Origin: Phoronis australis
Taxonomy: Eukaryota > Animalia > Phoronida
DNA: 64,000 nt
Direction of reading: 5' to 3'
Assembly: GCA_002633005.1 (NCBI GenBank)
Contig: NMRA01000685.1
Location: 62,001 to 126,000 of the forward strand
In this document: positions 1-12,880 of the stretch, one piece after another
Layout: each line of letters starts with the position of its first letter
Position numbering within the stretch: the stretch's first letter is position 1
Translations under genes and position numbers: made by a program
The notes under the pieces: model-generated
Seen by the model: the letters and a program-made list of their open reading frames with translations, nothing else
The model's database searches: none
Told to the model about the DNA's origin: nothing

Positions 1-7
1 GGCCTAC

Positions 8-117
8 CTCAATTGACTCATTTGTGTTGTCCTCTAAAGACACTGTTGACTGAACTCTTGCAGTGCCTCCACTTAAGTCATTCAAATCCCCTTGCTCGTG
101 TTCATACATTGCTTCGC
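8..117 (-). CDS. Putative internal coding exon of an unidentified minus-strand gene that continues beyond the window start
   Basis: Minus-strand acceptor (atttttcttgtaaagcag) and donor (GAG|gtaggc) bracket a 110-nt open frame, EAMYEHEQGDLNDLSGGTARVQSTVSLEDNTNESIE. No family recognised. Confidence 0.4.
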
Positions 118-682
118 CTGCTTTACAAGAAAAATGTCACAGGTCGTTTACAAATGACGCACCAAATAGTGTCTCAATAATTAAGTCGGTTTTCTAAAAA
201 ACATCACTGCAACAAATATAAAAAATTACAAATAATTATCATAATCCATAATTTTTCTAATTTTACCAATGCTTTTTTCAGATATACGGCTGTAAAAACA
301 AAATTGTCTCAAAAAATATTTTGTCGCGAAGCGAAAACACCAACTTCCGTATTTTGTACTTGCAGGTGATTAATAATGGTAACTGGTTTTGGTATGTTTT
401 AAAACACGACCGATGTTTAGCAATTGTGCAATCAAGAATCCTTTTTATACCTTTGCTCCTCAAGGCTCTAGAACTGTTATGAAAGCTTTTGGTATCGGTA
501 AAATTTTGCCAGGTTGTATTTGTTAGTTGAAAAACCAAGTCAGGCAAGCCAACTCCAGACACAATTCAGATGGTAATTCTGTTTACTACAGCTTAGCCAG
601 CCAGCTGTGTATTAATGATAGTCAAAACTGTTGTGACTGTACGTACAGCCAGATAAAGCCTATCTAGTCTTAAGTCGCTTGC

Positions 683-1187
683 CAAGTGGCAATTGCCTCT
701 TGCCTCTTGGCCGAATGGCTTAGACGGTTGGCCGTCTCTCGTGCAACCTGGGTTCAAGTGGCAATTGCCTCTTGCCTCTTGGCCGAATGGTTTAGATGGT
801 TGGCCGTCTCTCGTGCAACCTGGGTTCAAGTCGCAGAGTCACTGAAATTTTTTACATTGGTGCCCAACCTGGGGCAAAAGGAAAGGGGCGACCTGGTAGT
901 GGTGGATTCAGAGCACAAAGAGAGCGTTGCTAACGGCAAAATTCCAGGATACAGGGAAGTGTTGCTGAGTGCAAATTCCAGGACGCTAGGTTTTTGCTGA
1001 GATCTAATTAAAGCCAGGATGCGCGCCTGTTCCGCAGAAGGGGATTAATGTTGTGAAACTTGATTTCTGGTTGTGACGACACGTACAGCCAGGTAAAGCC
1101 TCTCTAAGTCGCTTGGCAAGCGGCAATTGCCTCTTGGGCGAATTATTTAGACGGTTGGCCATCGCTCGTGCAACCTGGATTCAAGTC
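683..1187 (+). mobile_element. tRNA-derived SINE-like heads: 72-bp tandem duplication plus a third diverged copy
   Basis: A-box TGGCCGAATGG (708-718, 780-790) and B-box GGTTCAAGT (751-759, 823-831) at tRNA-like spacing. Third copy at ~1127-1187 shares upstream flank (acgtacagccag...taagtcgcttg). Confidence 0.55.
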
Positions 1188-1675
1188 ACGTTTCACAACA
1201 AAACACAGCTGGTACAAAAACTAGGCAAAATAGTGAAAGTCAGTTTTTCAGTTCACCATAGGCACAGCTCCATCTATATTAGCGGTCCTATCCTCTCACC
1301 ACGAAACTAAACTTCCAAATGCACTGTGCATAAGTTTTTCAATGCAACGTATTGTACCTATTGTTTGATATTGGCACATCTTTATCAATCCTATAGGCTG
1401 GAAGATTCTGTGCTAATTACGTTTAACCATTGCTAAATTATCGAACTCAAGTTACTGTGTGTTTCAAGTGTAGATGGACACCATTGATGGCAGTTGGAGC
1501 CTTTAAATCCTTCCTACTAAATTAAATACTCTCACAACCGGTATTTATTTACAAACAGTTCTTCATACCGTCACCGAACTTGAAACTTCCCATCACACTG
1601 AGAGGCTGCAGCATAGACTATAATCTCGTCTGTTATGGCCATTATCGAGAATTGAATTTCTTAAAAAAATTTTAA

Positions 1676-1910
1676 GGCTGCATTTCACCATTTAGCTTGC
1701 TAAAAATGAAAATCGAGTTAAGCATTTTACTCTTATAAATCGGTCACATGATATTCCTTGCATTGAGACCATGAGCAGCTCAAGAGATTGCCTTGATTTC
1801 CTGTGACTTGAGTTCCATAAGGAAATCAATATTATGAGACTGGTTTTATGACATTAAAATGCCTAATTCAATTTTCATTTTTGGCATGTTTAACAAGATG
1901 AAATGCAACT
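1676..1910. mobile_element. Foldback MITE, TTAA-flanked (Kolobok-like)
   Basis: Inverted arms ttaaggctgcatttcacc...aaaaatgaaaat / attttcattttt...gatgaaatgcaactttag. Confidence 0.55.
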
Positions 1911-2362
1911 TTAGTCTTGATATTTGCCTCATGATGATATGAAACTGTTATTTACTCACACTATCATTAAATTTTTACAGGGTCAAAATGGTGTAGAATA
2001 CACATTTTCACCATGAAAAGTTTGGAATGACGTGAAGTTTGCTCAACGCAACAGATTTCCCTATGTATACACCAGGCTTGTGCAGCAAGTGTTCCGAAGC
2101 AACTGGGATGTTTACAGTGAAGCGACTACCTACTCGATTATTTATTAACCAGCCCAGCTGGCTATAAAGCATGGAAAACGTTGAAGAAGGCGATTTTGAG
2201 CTCAAAGGATTGGACTCAGTGTTTGATGTGCTTACTTTGCAATCAAATGAGCCATTAAAGTTTTTTGTTGGTAATGCCCTAGTTTTTAAGCTGAAAGACT
2301 TAAGGGCCTGCTGGAGAGGCTTCTGCCTACTTCAACCCTATCTCGCCTATTTATGTGTGATT

Positions 2363-2757
2363 GTATGCTAACTATGCTAATGTATAGCAAGAACTAAATG
2401 ACAGAGCTATTTTAACATAACCTATGCTAAACAAAGGGCTGTTGTATTCATTGACAACTTATAAATGTTTAAAACAAAAAATTATACTAATAGGTGAACT
2501 TTGCACTAATGATGTACCTCGGGAGCTCACATAGCCCGCATCATGCAGTGTTTTTCCCCAGCACCACGTCACGATACTTACTAGTCATGGTTCAGTGATG
2601 TACGGCGGGTCATTTTCGCCACAAAACTCATTCTCAAAAACAAATTTGTCAATTTTCAACCTACTTTATATTCACATCGTTGCTATATGTTGTGTTTCTA
2701 ATTAATTTGGCCAAGCAATCACAGAGATAAGGAATTGACGTGCAAGTTCCACTTTAA
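2363..2757. repeat. Interspersed repeat, second copy at 51782-52160
   Basis: Colinear similarity from atgctaatgtatagca to gcaagttcca(c/t)tttaa. Confidence 0.7.
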
Positions 2758-3084
2758 CGGGACAGTATAATGTGCACAGTATGTTTTTTGTGTAGAGAGC
2801 CCAAAACTTTTCAATTTTCAACCCAATCTGACTATGACAGTCTCCCCTGGTGGTCGCTCCTGTTTTCTTCGGGCAGTTGCTTTCACAGAATTTCAGAAGT
2901 TTGGGCGTGTGTTGAAGGAGCAATATATTGTTGGCTGCTCTATAAATAATGTACGTAACTTTATTGTTACCTGACTACTAATGCTGCTGACGTTGCTGCA
3001 CCTTTTTGGAAATCATGAAAGTAATTTGTCGCACTTGGAAATATTTGAAGTGGTTAAAGATCTGCGTTCAGTCAAGGAAGTGAA

Positions 3085-3414
3085 CTTTTCATTTAGACCA
3101 CTTACTGCTACAGAATTATTGTCAACTTAATCCTTATTCAGATGAGCAGTTATTTCTGTGTTTGCAAAGAACTACTCCTTGATACCCTGCTCAGCATGGC
3201 ACGGCATGACAAGCATAGCACGATTTGACAAGCCAATTTGTAGACTCGGGTCTCTGCCAGCTCTTTCGATGCCCTGAAATCCCTTCCAATTTGACTAGGG
3301 AACAATGTGAGACCAATTTGACTGTGGAACAATGTGAGACCAATTTTGTAGCTGTAAGTTGTCTGGATCAAAAACTGGTTGTTGTGATGGAAAGCAGTAT
3401 TGTAGCCACTTTAA
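3085..3414. mobile_element. Palindromic MITE family, copy A (others at ~24080-24620, ~48570-49240, ~52250-52605)
   Basis: Shared right-arm motif ccctgaaatc...caatttgactaaggaacaa...gagaccaattt, duplicated here as a 27-bp unit. Boundaries approximate. Confidence 0.6.
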
Positions 3415-3758
3415 CTGATAAAATTTGATAATAAAATCACAAGAGTGCCAGAAAAATTTAGTGCTGTCACTCAGTTTTAGTTTTCGTTGGACAGAAATGA
3501 GCCTGTTGAGTGACAGTTGCTTCATAGTGTTCCTTCGTTAATGCCAACTTTTTTTTTGCAGACATCTGGTACCATACTTTTGTGTGGCATCTGCTATCGT
3601 CTATCTTAGTGCACGTGCTTGCTGCAACCATCGCCTTTAGTAAGCTAAGAAGGCATAAGATTGGGAGATTTGTACCTGTTGGCATTGTGGTTATGGGTTT
3701 TCTATCCCCGTTACTTGGTGGTACTGTAACAAGTAAGTTCATAATGAAAGTATATTAA

Positions 3759-4020
3759 AGCCTGTCTTGAATGGTAACACCTGTAAATTTGGTTCTTTCA
3801 GTATGTTAGGAGCATCGCTCTGAGCCCACTGGTGCCATAAATTGCCAAATGTAATGAACTGTTTGAATTAAAAGGTGATTCTTGCTATGACATAACAAAA
3901 GCAAGCCAATAAGCCTAACAGTTCATTACATGTGGTAGTTAATGACACTAGTGGGCTCATAGCGATGCTCTTAACATACTGTAGAATCAAATTTGCAGCT
4001 GTTACTGTTCAAGACAGGCT
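3759..4020. mobile_element. Foldback MITE with ~110-bp inverted arms and TTAA target site (Kolobok-like)
   Basis: ttaa|agcctgtcttgaa...ttcaagacaggct|ttaa. A partial copy lies at ~59863-60022. Confidence 0.75.
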
Positions 4021-4899
4021 TTAATAAAATTGTAACATTCAACGGAATTATGTTGTATTTTACAATAATGTGTTTAAATGCTTCTTGTTAGAGTACAATT
4101 TAGTTGACTTTGTCCTGTTTTTGACTACTCACCAGAAAGTCAGACTCTTGTTTCTCATGTAACCTTTCTCATCCTGACAAGCCCCTTGTTGTTGGTATTC
4201 GATGACTGGGTTTCTATTTCAAATCCCACTGATTGCAATCACTGCATAGGTCATTTACATTTTTCTTGAGTTTATAGTCCTTAATTCTTAGTGCATATAT
4301 TTTTCATCACATGTATTTCTCATAACATTTCCTAATATGGACTACTGCATACTACTGTATAATGGTGTGCAAATTCTGTTCTAACTTTCTTATTATTTAT
4401 TGCAGGTGTCGTTATTGCTGGTGTATACAGAGCTGCAAGATTCGTCATGTCACCCCTGCATTCCATATTCTTTGGAACTGGACAGACAATTTTTGTGGTG
4501 ATTATCTCATTCACAAGGATTCTAGCCACCCTATAGCATTTGCTGAACTGTATGGTGGCATGGATACTTAATTGACAGAGTGGATATTGTTACGGGATTT
4601 CGTCACTTCACATTTGAATAATGAAGTTGGCCCCAGGAGTTCGACATTGTGAGGATTGATCACAGCTCTGCAAGATTCGTTGTGCCTTCTCTGTATTTTA
4701 TGATCTTTGGAATCGCTTTGTGTTCTCAGATAGTGGAAGTTATTTTGGGCGAAGTAAATTTGTGATATATAGCGATGAATTCAAAGAGACTGGTCTTTCT
4801 GTTGATGGCAAGTATCATCAATTCCCCAAACAATTTGTTGCTGCTCTTAACAGTTGCTCTGATTACAAGTTTTCCTGCAATGAAAATGTAAAAGTAGTC

Positions 4900-5800
4900 A
4901 ACATGTTGGGACACCTAGTTAATGGGTCACATTTTGTGCTTGTGTTGATCTTTTTGTCCGTTTTGATGTTGACAAAAGTTTGATGCTGTAAACCACAATG
5001 CGGCAGATAAATATCCTCTGTTTTGATCTAAGGGGTATTAGTTTGAACAAATGTAACAAAATCATTCTGGTACTGTTTTTGTTGTTTTCGGACCTTCGCC
5101 ATTCGACTTTTAAGTTAGTGGATTTCGACATCATGTTGACCAAGTCTCATTGTTTGGTTTGGCTGATTGTTCTTAAAAGCCTCCTTTTAATTGATGAAAA
5201 CCGTGTTTCTGTATGTTTGCAGTTGACTGCACTGTTCACTGCGTTCCCGACAAGGGATGATTTGTTTAACTTAAATTTGTATAGAGATAGTTACCAAGCA
5301 ACAGACGTGGTTACACAGTCCTGTTAGTTTTAATCTTTCCCATTGAGTACTGAAATGGTGTCAGTTTCTGTACTTTTGTTTGTGCTGATGCATTTGAAAC
5401 TCCCAGTTTTGCGGCACCTTGTCAAGAGATTTGTGCAATGCCCCCTGTTGTCAAGAGGTGTGTTTATCAGGGAAGGTTATCTAATGTCCTGTTCTACAGA
5501 AGTTACCGCATTAGCGATGGTTTAAAGACAGTAAACACTGGCTAAAATAAATTGATATTTCGTGAACTAAAGCTCACGATTTTTCCAACTGTTTGACTTT
5601 TGAAATTGAGCACCTCGTAAAAAGTAGTTGGGATCATTTTTACCTTTGAGGAATATGATGAAAATTAGCCAAAAGTAGCTGTGTTCAGTTTCATTTCTTT
5701 GGTACATGTTGATGAATGATTTTCGCAATTCTTTGATCCATGGTAGATAATAAGCCTGCGAGTTGTGATGCTGGACAAAGGAACGGGAATCGTTTAACAA
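4900..5800 (-). pseudogene. Highly degenerate DNA-transposon ORF remnant (Academ-like)
   Basis: Minus-strand peptide fragments in order (RKSF; TSVE; KLNKSSLVGNAVNSAVNCKHT; IVV...NG...STQA) resemble Academ-type transposase motifs as I recall them. Broken by stops and frameshifts; not verified by search. Confidence 0.35.
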
Positions 5801-5865
5801 TGAACTAGATTGATATGTGGACTAGCCTGGATTTAGGAATCACTATCATCTGGAATTGAAATCAA

Positions 5866-6117
5866 CAGGGCTTGGAATTTTCCTTTTTAAGAGGATTTCT
5901 TCTTTTTTGGTTTCAATTCCCTCTCATTTGATTTCCAATTTTCTCCTTTTTAGTCTCTTTTTTATCGTAATTTTTACTTTATTCATGCAAAAGCGTTTAT
6001 TTCAGTTAAATTTTAGAGCACGAAAATTATTTCTGTCACATCAGCCTGTTTACTTGTGGAGTGAAACATCACATGGAAAATTTTTCTCTTTTTTGTCATT
6101 GGTCATTCCAAGCCCTG
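5866..6117. mobile_element. hAT-type MITE with 6-bp target-site duplication
   Basis: TIRs CAGGGCTTG...CAAGCCCTG flanked by AATCAA on both sides. Sister copy at 62198-62447. Confidence 0.7.
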
Positions 6118-6794
6118 AATCAAACGAGTTGTGTTTGTAATGATTTACTAAAGTAAAAATCGGGTTCATAGTATTCCCATGCGCTAGCGTTGAGAGCATG
6201 ATATGCAAATCGGCACTGAGGCTTTTAACATTCTAGATTGGATTATCTTAACAGTCTAGTCCTGCACCAGCAGACACCAAACCCACTGCAAATCCCTAAA
6301 AGGACGTCCTGAACTCCGCAAGTTGACCAAACTCCAGTCCCCCTGTGAGAAATCTTGTCACCATTGTCACCTTTCAAAACAGATTTAGGGACAAAATTTT
6401 TTTCATGCACCAACATATTCATGTGTGGTGGCATACTACCGTCATATTGTACAGGTGTCTGTCGGTGGCTGCTGCACCTCCAAAACTCTGTGGAAGATTT
6501 TCATGACAAATGTGTTCCTATGTAGCTGACAACGAATTTCGTAGACTTTTGAATGGATTCGACTACCTCTGTGCACCCTAGTGGCAATTTTACTATTTTA
6601 AGTTCGTCTCCACAGCTGACATCGATCTTCGAACAGGAGTTCTGACTACTGTGGTTCTCTCTAGCGGCAATCTTGTTTCTTCGTCTATGGTTGTATCTCC
6701 TGCGGGATATTTGTGATGTTTGCCAAGTGTTTTATGGATGTAGCTACAAATGACAATGACTCCGACGTATCCGACTACCACTGTGCCCACTAGT

Positions 6795-7041
6795 CATGCG
6801 CGCACCCAGGGGGGCTCGAAGGAGCCCCTCCCCCAATTTGTCGAAGTGGGCAAACTTGAAGGTCTGCCTCAGAGAAACGAACATTTCAAAAAAAAACTAG
6901 AAAACGAGACCAAAGTTCACTAGAAAATCAGGAACTTCGGCGACTACACATTTCACAGCTGTGAACGTTCCCCGTGGATCTTAGTAAAAGGTTCACATTC
7001 TCAAAAATTCGAGCCGCCATTTGAGGCTGGGTGCGCGCATG
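6795..7041. mobile_element. Non-autonomous DNA transposon (MITE)
   Basis: Perfect 15-bp TIRs CATGCGCGCACCCAG...CTGGGTGCGCGCATG. Confidence 0.7.
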
Positions 7042-9514
7042 TTTGTAGCAGTTTTAGTTTATCATGTTTACCTCCGTATCTTCAGATTTCCTTGACAGGT
7101 TTTGTGAAATTGGACAAATAGTCTCTTCTATTGAGGATTTGACAACACTCTTTTTTGATAGTCAATACATATTCCGGTACCACTAGTGTGCTTCCGATGA
7201 ACGGGACTTACAGCTGACGACGGATGCGCATTTACTTTTAAGCCGACAATAATGCGTATAATCTTACATCCAGCCAGGCTCATCTCCAGAGTGTGGGGTA
7301 TTTTCATTGAAGAAGAAAATAATAATCTATTTTGCCAGCGAAACTCGACACGTTTCACTGCACGCTTTACTTTGTCAATAGATTTGTAGAACTCCCGCTG
7401 TCGTCCGCAGCCCTGTTTATCGGGAAATCTTGTCTAAGGTCCTATTGTGTGGACAGAGGAAAGCATGTGAACATAGTCGGCGCAGCACTGAAAAAAGTGA
7501 GGGTGGTTATAGCCACCCCGCCCCCCCAGCTCCCTATGGTGCGCCACCCATGCGTTTGGCTCCTGAAGTTGGGGGTGGGAGGGTAGTACGTCCCTCAATA
7601 ACAGTGGCGGATCTACGTTTTCAGTAATGGGGGGGTTATTATTCCCCGAAGGTCGAATCCGAGGCGCGTAGCGCTGAGCAGGGGGAGGTCGAGAGGAGGG
7701 TTCCCCCTCCCGTGTAAGACAATATTTTTGTTTTTGTGCCCAAATAGTGAAATTTCCATGCATCCTGGTGAGTTTCTGGCAATCAACATGTCTCTGGAGT
7801 TTTTCTTAAGATAATTTAAAGCCCTTCTCGATTTCGTCACATGAACTTGGCTCATAAGTTTCGTGGAACCTTATTTTGTGCACATCTGACTATTACTTAA
7901 GCCACCAGCAAAAATTTTTGTTGGAACATCTGTCTACACACACCTTTTTAAGCACACGAAAAGTCGTATCCGAAAGAGCGTGGTGTGTGTACAGGCCCGG
8001 GTTTACCAACTACCAAATATTCAAGAGCATGAGGACCACCGACGGGGTGTCAAAACCCAAAACTTGAATAACAGTGTTACCGACAACAGCCTAAAGTTGT
8101 TTAAGAACGAAACTTGTACTGTTACGTCGGGAAATGAACATATGTTCGGTCTCGATACGAGAAAAACTGGCGAACAATGGGGCTCTCAGCTCCTAGTCTA
8201 TTATTAAAAGCGACAATAATCACTTTATAAGCTGAATCACGTTGACTGTTGGGTTACCGTATGTCATAACAACTGAAAAACGTCTAATGTATCAGGAAAC
8301 AAATCATCTGAAAACATTTTCACGAAACCAAAACATTCTGTACATCGTGGTGAAAAGGTATACAGGACCAGTTCGCAGAGGGACCAGATATACATTGAGA
8401 GTACACAAATATGGTGGCCTGGTCCGTCACGAGACCAAAAGAACACCTTGGCTTATTATCCCTGTAAAAGTAGTCGATCTGTCGCGGGACCAAACAATAC
8501 TGACTAAGATAAATAGTTTTACAAAGCACACTGTGGTAAAAAATATCACAAGACTAGTTTGCCGAGGGATTACAAGTACACTGAAAGTCAATATCCACAC
8601 AAATCAAGCAGGACCCGGTGCGTCGCCAGACCAAAAGTGCACTATGCAAAAACTTCTCCCTACTTTTTAATCCCCAGTGGTTGCTCATACGTGTATTTTA
8701 CACATCGGCAGTCAACTGCTGCGAGAGGTTGTCTAGGAAGGGTATTCGCATAGTTGTAGAAACAAGTATTGAGTACATGGTTATGCAGCAGATACAGAGC
8801 CAAGTAGAAATACAAACCAGGATCTGTTTCTGTGCACTCATACACTCTGTGGTGTACTGAGTAAATCTGGCATGTCCAAAAATAATTTCTATTTCGTTTT
8901 TAATGTACTCAAGCCTTAAAGAAATCTGACATTATGGACAAACTGTGTAGCATTATAATTTATTACCTGAGTGTTTCTGCAGGAACGTTAGTCCTATGCT
9001 TCTGTTGTCTGGACTGCCGAGGATTCCTCGGCGAGGAATTTGTATATCGGATCCAACGGTTTACTCGTCTAGTAGAACCATTCTACCCAGAAATCTTCGA
9101 TGCTTACGCTGCACTTCGTCAACTTCTGTGTCAAATGTCAGCATCTCGTTTCGCAGTTTGGCACTAAGCTCCCTGAGGTTGCCAAGTCCATTCAGAAAGA
9201 GTTACATGCACAACTAAATTTGATTCGTTCATCAGGGACTACTTCAAGCCTTGACGATGTATCCCAGGACCTATTTGCGTTTCTTGCAACTTTCGGAATA
9301 AACGTCCCAATGTCTGAAAACTTGAAACCCGAAGTTGTAACACCTAATAAATGCCCATGGGCATGGGCTTTTCATCGGGTAGGCCTTTCTGCGGAAATTC
9401 TCAGTATAGAAGACGGCAGTGGAGCTTATTGCTGGTAGAAAGACGGTAGGTGTTGAGGTCGGAAACAGGGCTCCTTACGAGGCCTATTGAACATTGCGCC
9501 AGTCCCGCAAGACT

Positions 9515-9672
9515 NNNNNNNNNNNNNNNNNNNNNNNNNNNNNNNNNNNNNNNNNNNNNNNNNNNNNNNNNNNNNNNNNNNNNNNNNNNNNNNNNNNNNN
9601 NNNNNNNNNNNNNNNNNNNNNNNNNNNNNNNNNNNNNNNNNNNNNNNNNNNNNNNNNNNNNNNNNNNNNNNN
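9515..9672. other. Assembly gap
   Basis: Run of N. Confidence 0.99.
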
Positions 9673-11200
9673 AAAAAGTTGAGTTCACGATTTTGGGAAC
9701 TGAAATAGGGACTGCTCGAAGAAAAAGTTTCATAACGGGAGTATTTGTTCGAGTTGGAAGGAATTAAACACATCGACAACCTCCTAAGGTGTTCCTCTAT
9801 GCGCAAAAGGTATTTGTAACAACGTGACTTTGATGGTTTAGTCGGTGCGAGGCATAATTCGCCGAAAAGCTTCCGGCGTACAGAGCGCCTATAGCCTCTA
9901 CATCGCCTCTGCTTCGGGCCAACAGAGGCGATGGTCATTGCCTAGTGACTCAGTAGACACTGATTACCGTCTCTAGCTGGCCCAGTTGAGACGGTGGAGC
10001 TCCTGTAGGAGCTTTATACGCTGAAAGCTTTTCAGTGAATTATGCTCACACTGACTAAAATGTTGCGTTACTCCACAGGTTCACTAGTTATGCCTCATGG
10101 AGGGTACTTGTTACAATAATGTGGCTCTGGTGACCTAAAGTCATGAATATAAAGCATAGAATGCAGCTGATTGTACTACTACCCAATGTCCGTGCTCATG
10201 TGATATCATGAAATGTATCAGCCTTCACAAATATACGTATGTACATGTTTTTCCAGTCTTGACCCGTGTTGGTCTCGGTAAGCAGTGTTTTGAAATGGTC
10301 GCTCTTATTGCCGGCCATTTTGAGTGAGGCCCCAAAGTCGTGACCATTTTGTTTAGACGGAAATGCACAAAGTAAGGCCACACAAATCAAGTACAGTGCT
10401 TACAGTTACTCTGGACGACATAAAAACGCAGTGCATTGTTTATTAATTAAGTTTCAATTGAAATAAATTGTTATGTGTTTTGCAACCAACTCCGATGTGC
10501 ATCTATAGACGTTTTCAATGAGGATGTTTACGTAAAACACTAAGAACCCTGCATCAATTATCTCTCTATTTTATTTCTTTGGCTTTACAAAACTTAATCG
10601 ACCCTGGGACATTTTGATACATTGTTCAAGCTAATCCTGGAGTGCTTGTTTGAGCAAATCTGAATGATGTATGTTTTCAAAAATATATTCTGAAAATGCA
10701 CAAAAAAGTGGATTAGTGAAATATGCTGCTTTTAAGATACATTTGAAAAAAGAAGCCACTCACTCACTGTTTGTTATCATATTGTGAATATCAAGACGTC
10801 CGGGTATTCGTTCGATGTTCGTAAGCAGACGAACGCTGGAAACTTCAACGCTAGATGTCGCGGGACCGTGCAGAAGAGGAAATAAGATCGTTCACGACTT
10901 TAGAGCACTCACGACCTTAGGACCTTTGATGGTACGGCCAGTCTGTAAGACTGAAAGCCTCAACAACCAGCTTCTACCGAGTTCGAGATTTGACAGGCAA
11001 AATGCCTGGTATTGGCAACGTATTTTTGGTGGGACTACCTGGGAAACTGTCACGCAGACGAATCACAGGACAGCACAAGATAAGCACAAGGACGAATGAC
11101 GTTGACTATTGTAACAAAAACATCAAAGTCATGTTGTTATAAATAACTTTTGCGCATAGAGGGACACCTGCATGGATTAGGAGGCCGTTGATGTGTCTAA

Positions 11201-12880
11201 AGGAGAATGCCACCCGATTTAATTAGTCTTTTTTACCATCTTAATCGGTCTATATACACATCGCCTCTTATACGGTCGACCTCACCTTGCCGAGAGGTGT
11301 CGCGCGAACCTGTGAGGAGGTTGAGAAACGACGCAGCGACGTCAGTGGTTCGTCTGCAGAGTGAATGGCGCTATATTGCGGTGCATCGTTCCCGCTTGTC
11401 CGAACTATGAAGCTGCGAAGACAGTGGGTATATCAGTTTTTCGACTTCCTCGAGAGCTCGAAATGCTTAGGAAATGGCTCGTGGTAGTGAAGAATGAAAG
11501 GTACGCTGTTAATAGCAAGTATGTGGCCGTGAAACACCTCCATGTCTGTGGCCGGCATTTCGTCGACAGTGATTTCTCTGACGAATTCCGGCTTACCAAA
11601 GAACTATTCATACGTTCCGTTGCCTATGCATGTTCATGGCACCTCTCTAGTATTTCTTGATCAGTGTATTCCGGTTCGAAATTAATAGCCTGTGAAACCT
11701 AACGATCCGATCCGTGAAGTCTTCGTCGGATGAGCTTTTGACTAAGTCGCGATTGGCGCCGGGCGAGTTGCCATGCAGACGTTAGTATTATTCTGCGTTC
11801 TGTTTCAAAATGAATTATACTCATCTTATCCAATGCTTATATAAAACAGAAACAAAGTCTGTCTGATTAGTTACAATTTGTGATGCCTTTGCAGTATTCG
11901 TGAGTGCAAATGTTGAGAAGCCAGCAATGAATAAACCACTGCGTTATCGGCTTTTGATGCCGGCAACAAAGGTAATTGACCGGGCACCGAGGCCGTGTGA
12001 GCGCATGCTAATTCAGTGTTTGCTGACAGAAAGCTGTTGTGAAACAATTACTCGAATTTATATGCTATGGTCATATGTTAGGGGAATCTTTATTTAGAAA
12101 TACAAATACTTTATTCAAGTCATTGTTACTGTACAACCTTTGCCCTGACGGTCTGTGGCAGGGGAGCCCGACTTCGCGGCCCCCGACATGTAAGTAGATT
12201 TTCAGTTTTGTGGCTAATTTCCATAATTTCTTGGGTTCACTATTATAGTCTTTTCCTGGCTGGAGGTTTAGTTTAAAACTCAAGCTCGTTTATGTTCGTG
12301 CCAGGCCTGATCGGGTTCCGAGCCACTGGCCGGGATAACGAGTCAGTCCGGCCGCGACGGGCCTGATCGGGTTCAGAGCCACTGGCCGGGATAACAGGCG
12401 TTTTGCTTGTTTAGAACTCAAAAAGTCATAAGTCTAAACAACACAGTTCGAGGTTCTCCTGTGTGTATTTCACTGAAGAATACTTAGAATTTATCTCCGA
12501 ACAGACCCCAAACTTTTGCTAGTTGGTAAATTGGCCTGCCGCCTTTGTAGGTTACCATGTGTCCAAATACCAATAAATCACGGGAACAGCGAAATACAAC
12601 AACACGTTTTTATAAGAACTCGGTGTATTTTTAAGGGTTTTACATCGAAGTTTGATGATTTATTGGTGTTAAACGATGAATTCAAGCGTAAGCTGACACC
12701 AGTAACCCGTGTTGTGAACTGCTGAACAGACTGCGTGTGAAACCAATGACGTCATTGGATAATTTCAACACCTCGTCTGCCGTCAGGTGTCAGGTAACGC
12801 AACCGAACGTGCCGTTATCGAGTAGAACTACTCGATCTAAATTGATACAAAATGGGTTGTTTTTTGGGTGGCATGCTCCT
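11201..12880 (+). mobile_element. Internally deleted Kolobok-like DNA transposon carrying a THAP domain
   Basis: TIRs AGGAGAATGCCACCC / GGGTGGCATGCTCCT, flanked by CTAA and TTAA. Contains the THAP ORF at 11361-11660. TTAA target, RR...YY termini and THAP are established Kolobok features. Confidence 0.7.
11361..11660 (+). CDS. THAP zinc-finger domain ORF (transposase N-terminal remnant)
   Basis: CIVPAC...VFRLP...RKWL...VCGRHF..SDF matches the THAP C2CH signature with conserved P, W and F. The ORF ends shortly after the domain. Confidence 0.7.
   Translation: MNGAILRCIVPACPNYEAAKTVGISVFRLPRELEMLRKWLVVVKNERYAVNSKYVAVKHLHVCGRHFVDSDFSDEFRLTKELFIRSVAYACSWHLSSIS

Noticed and set aside
7876-9940. 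Cluster of short ORFs around the first gap
   Set aside because: No recognisable domains or consistent splice structure; probably decayed repeats.
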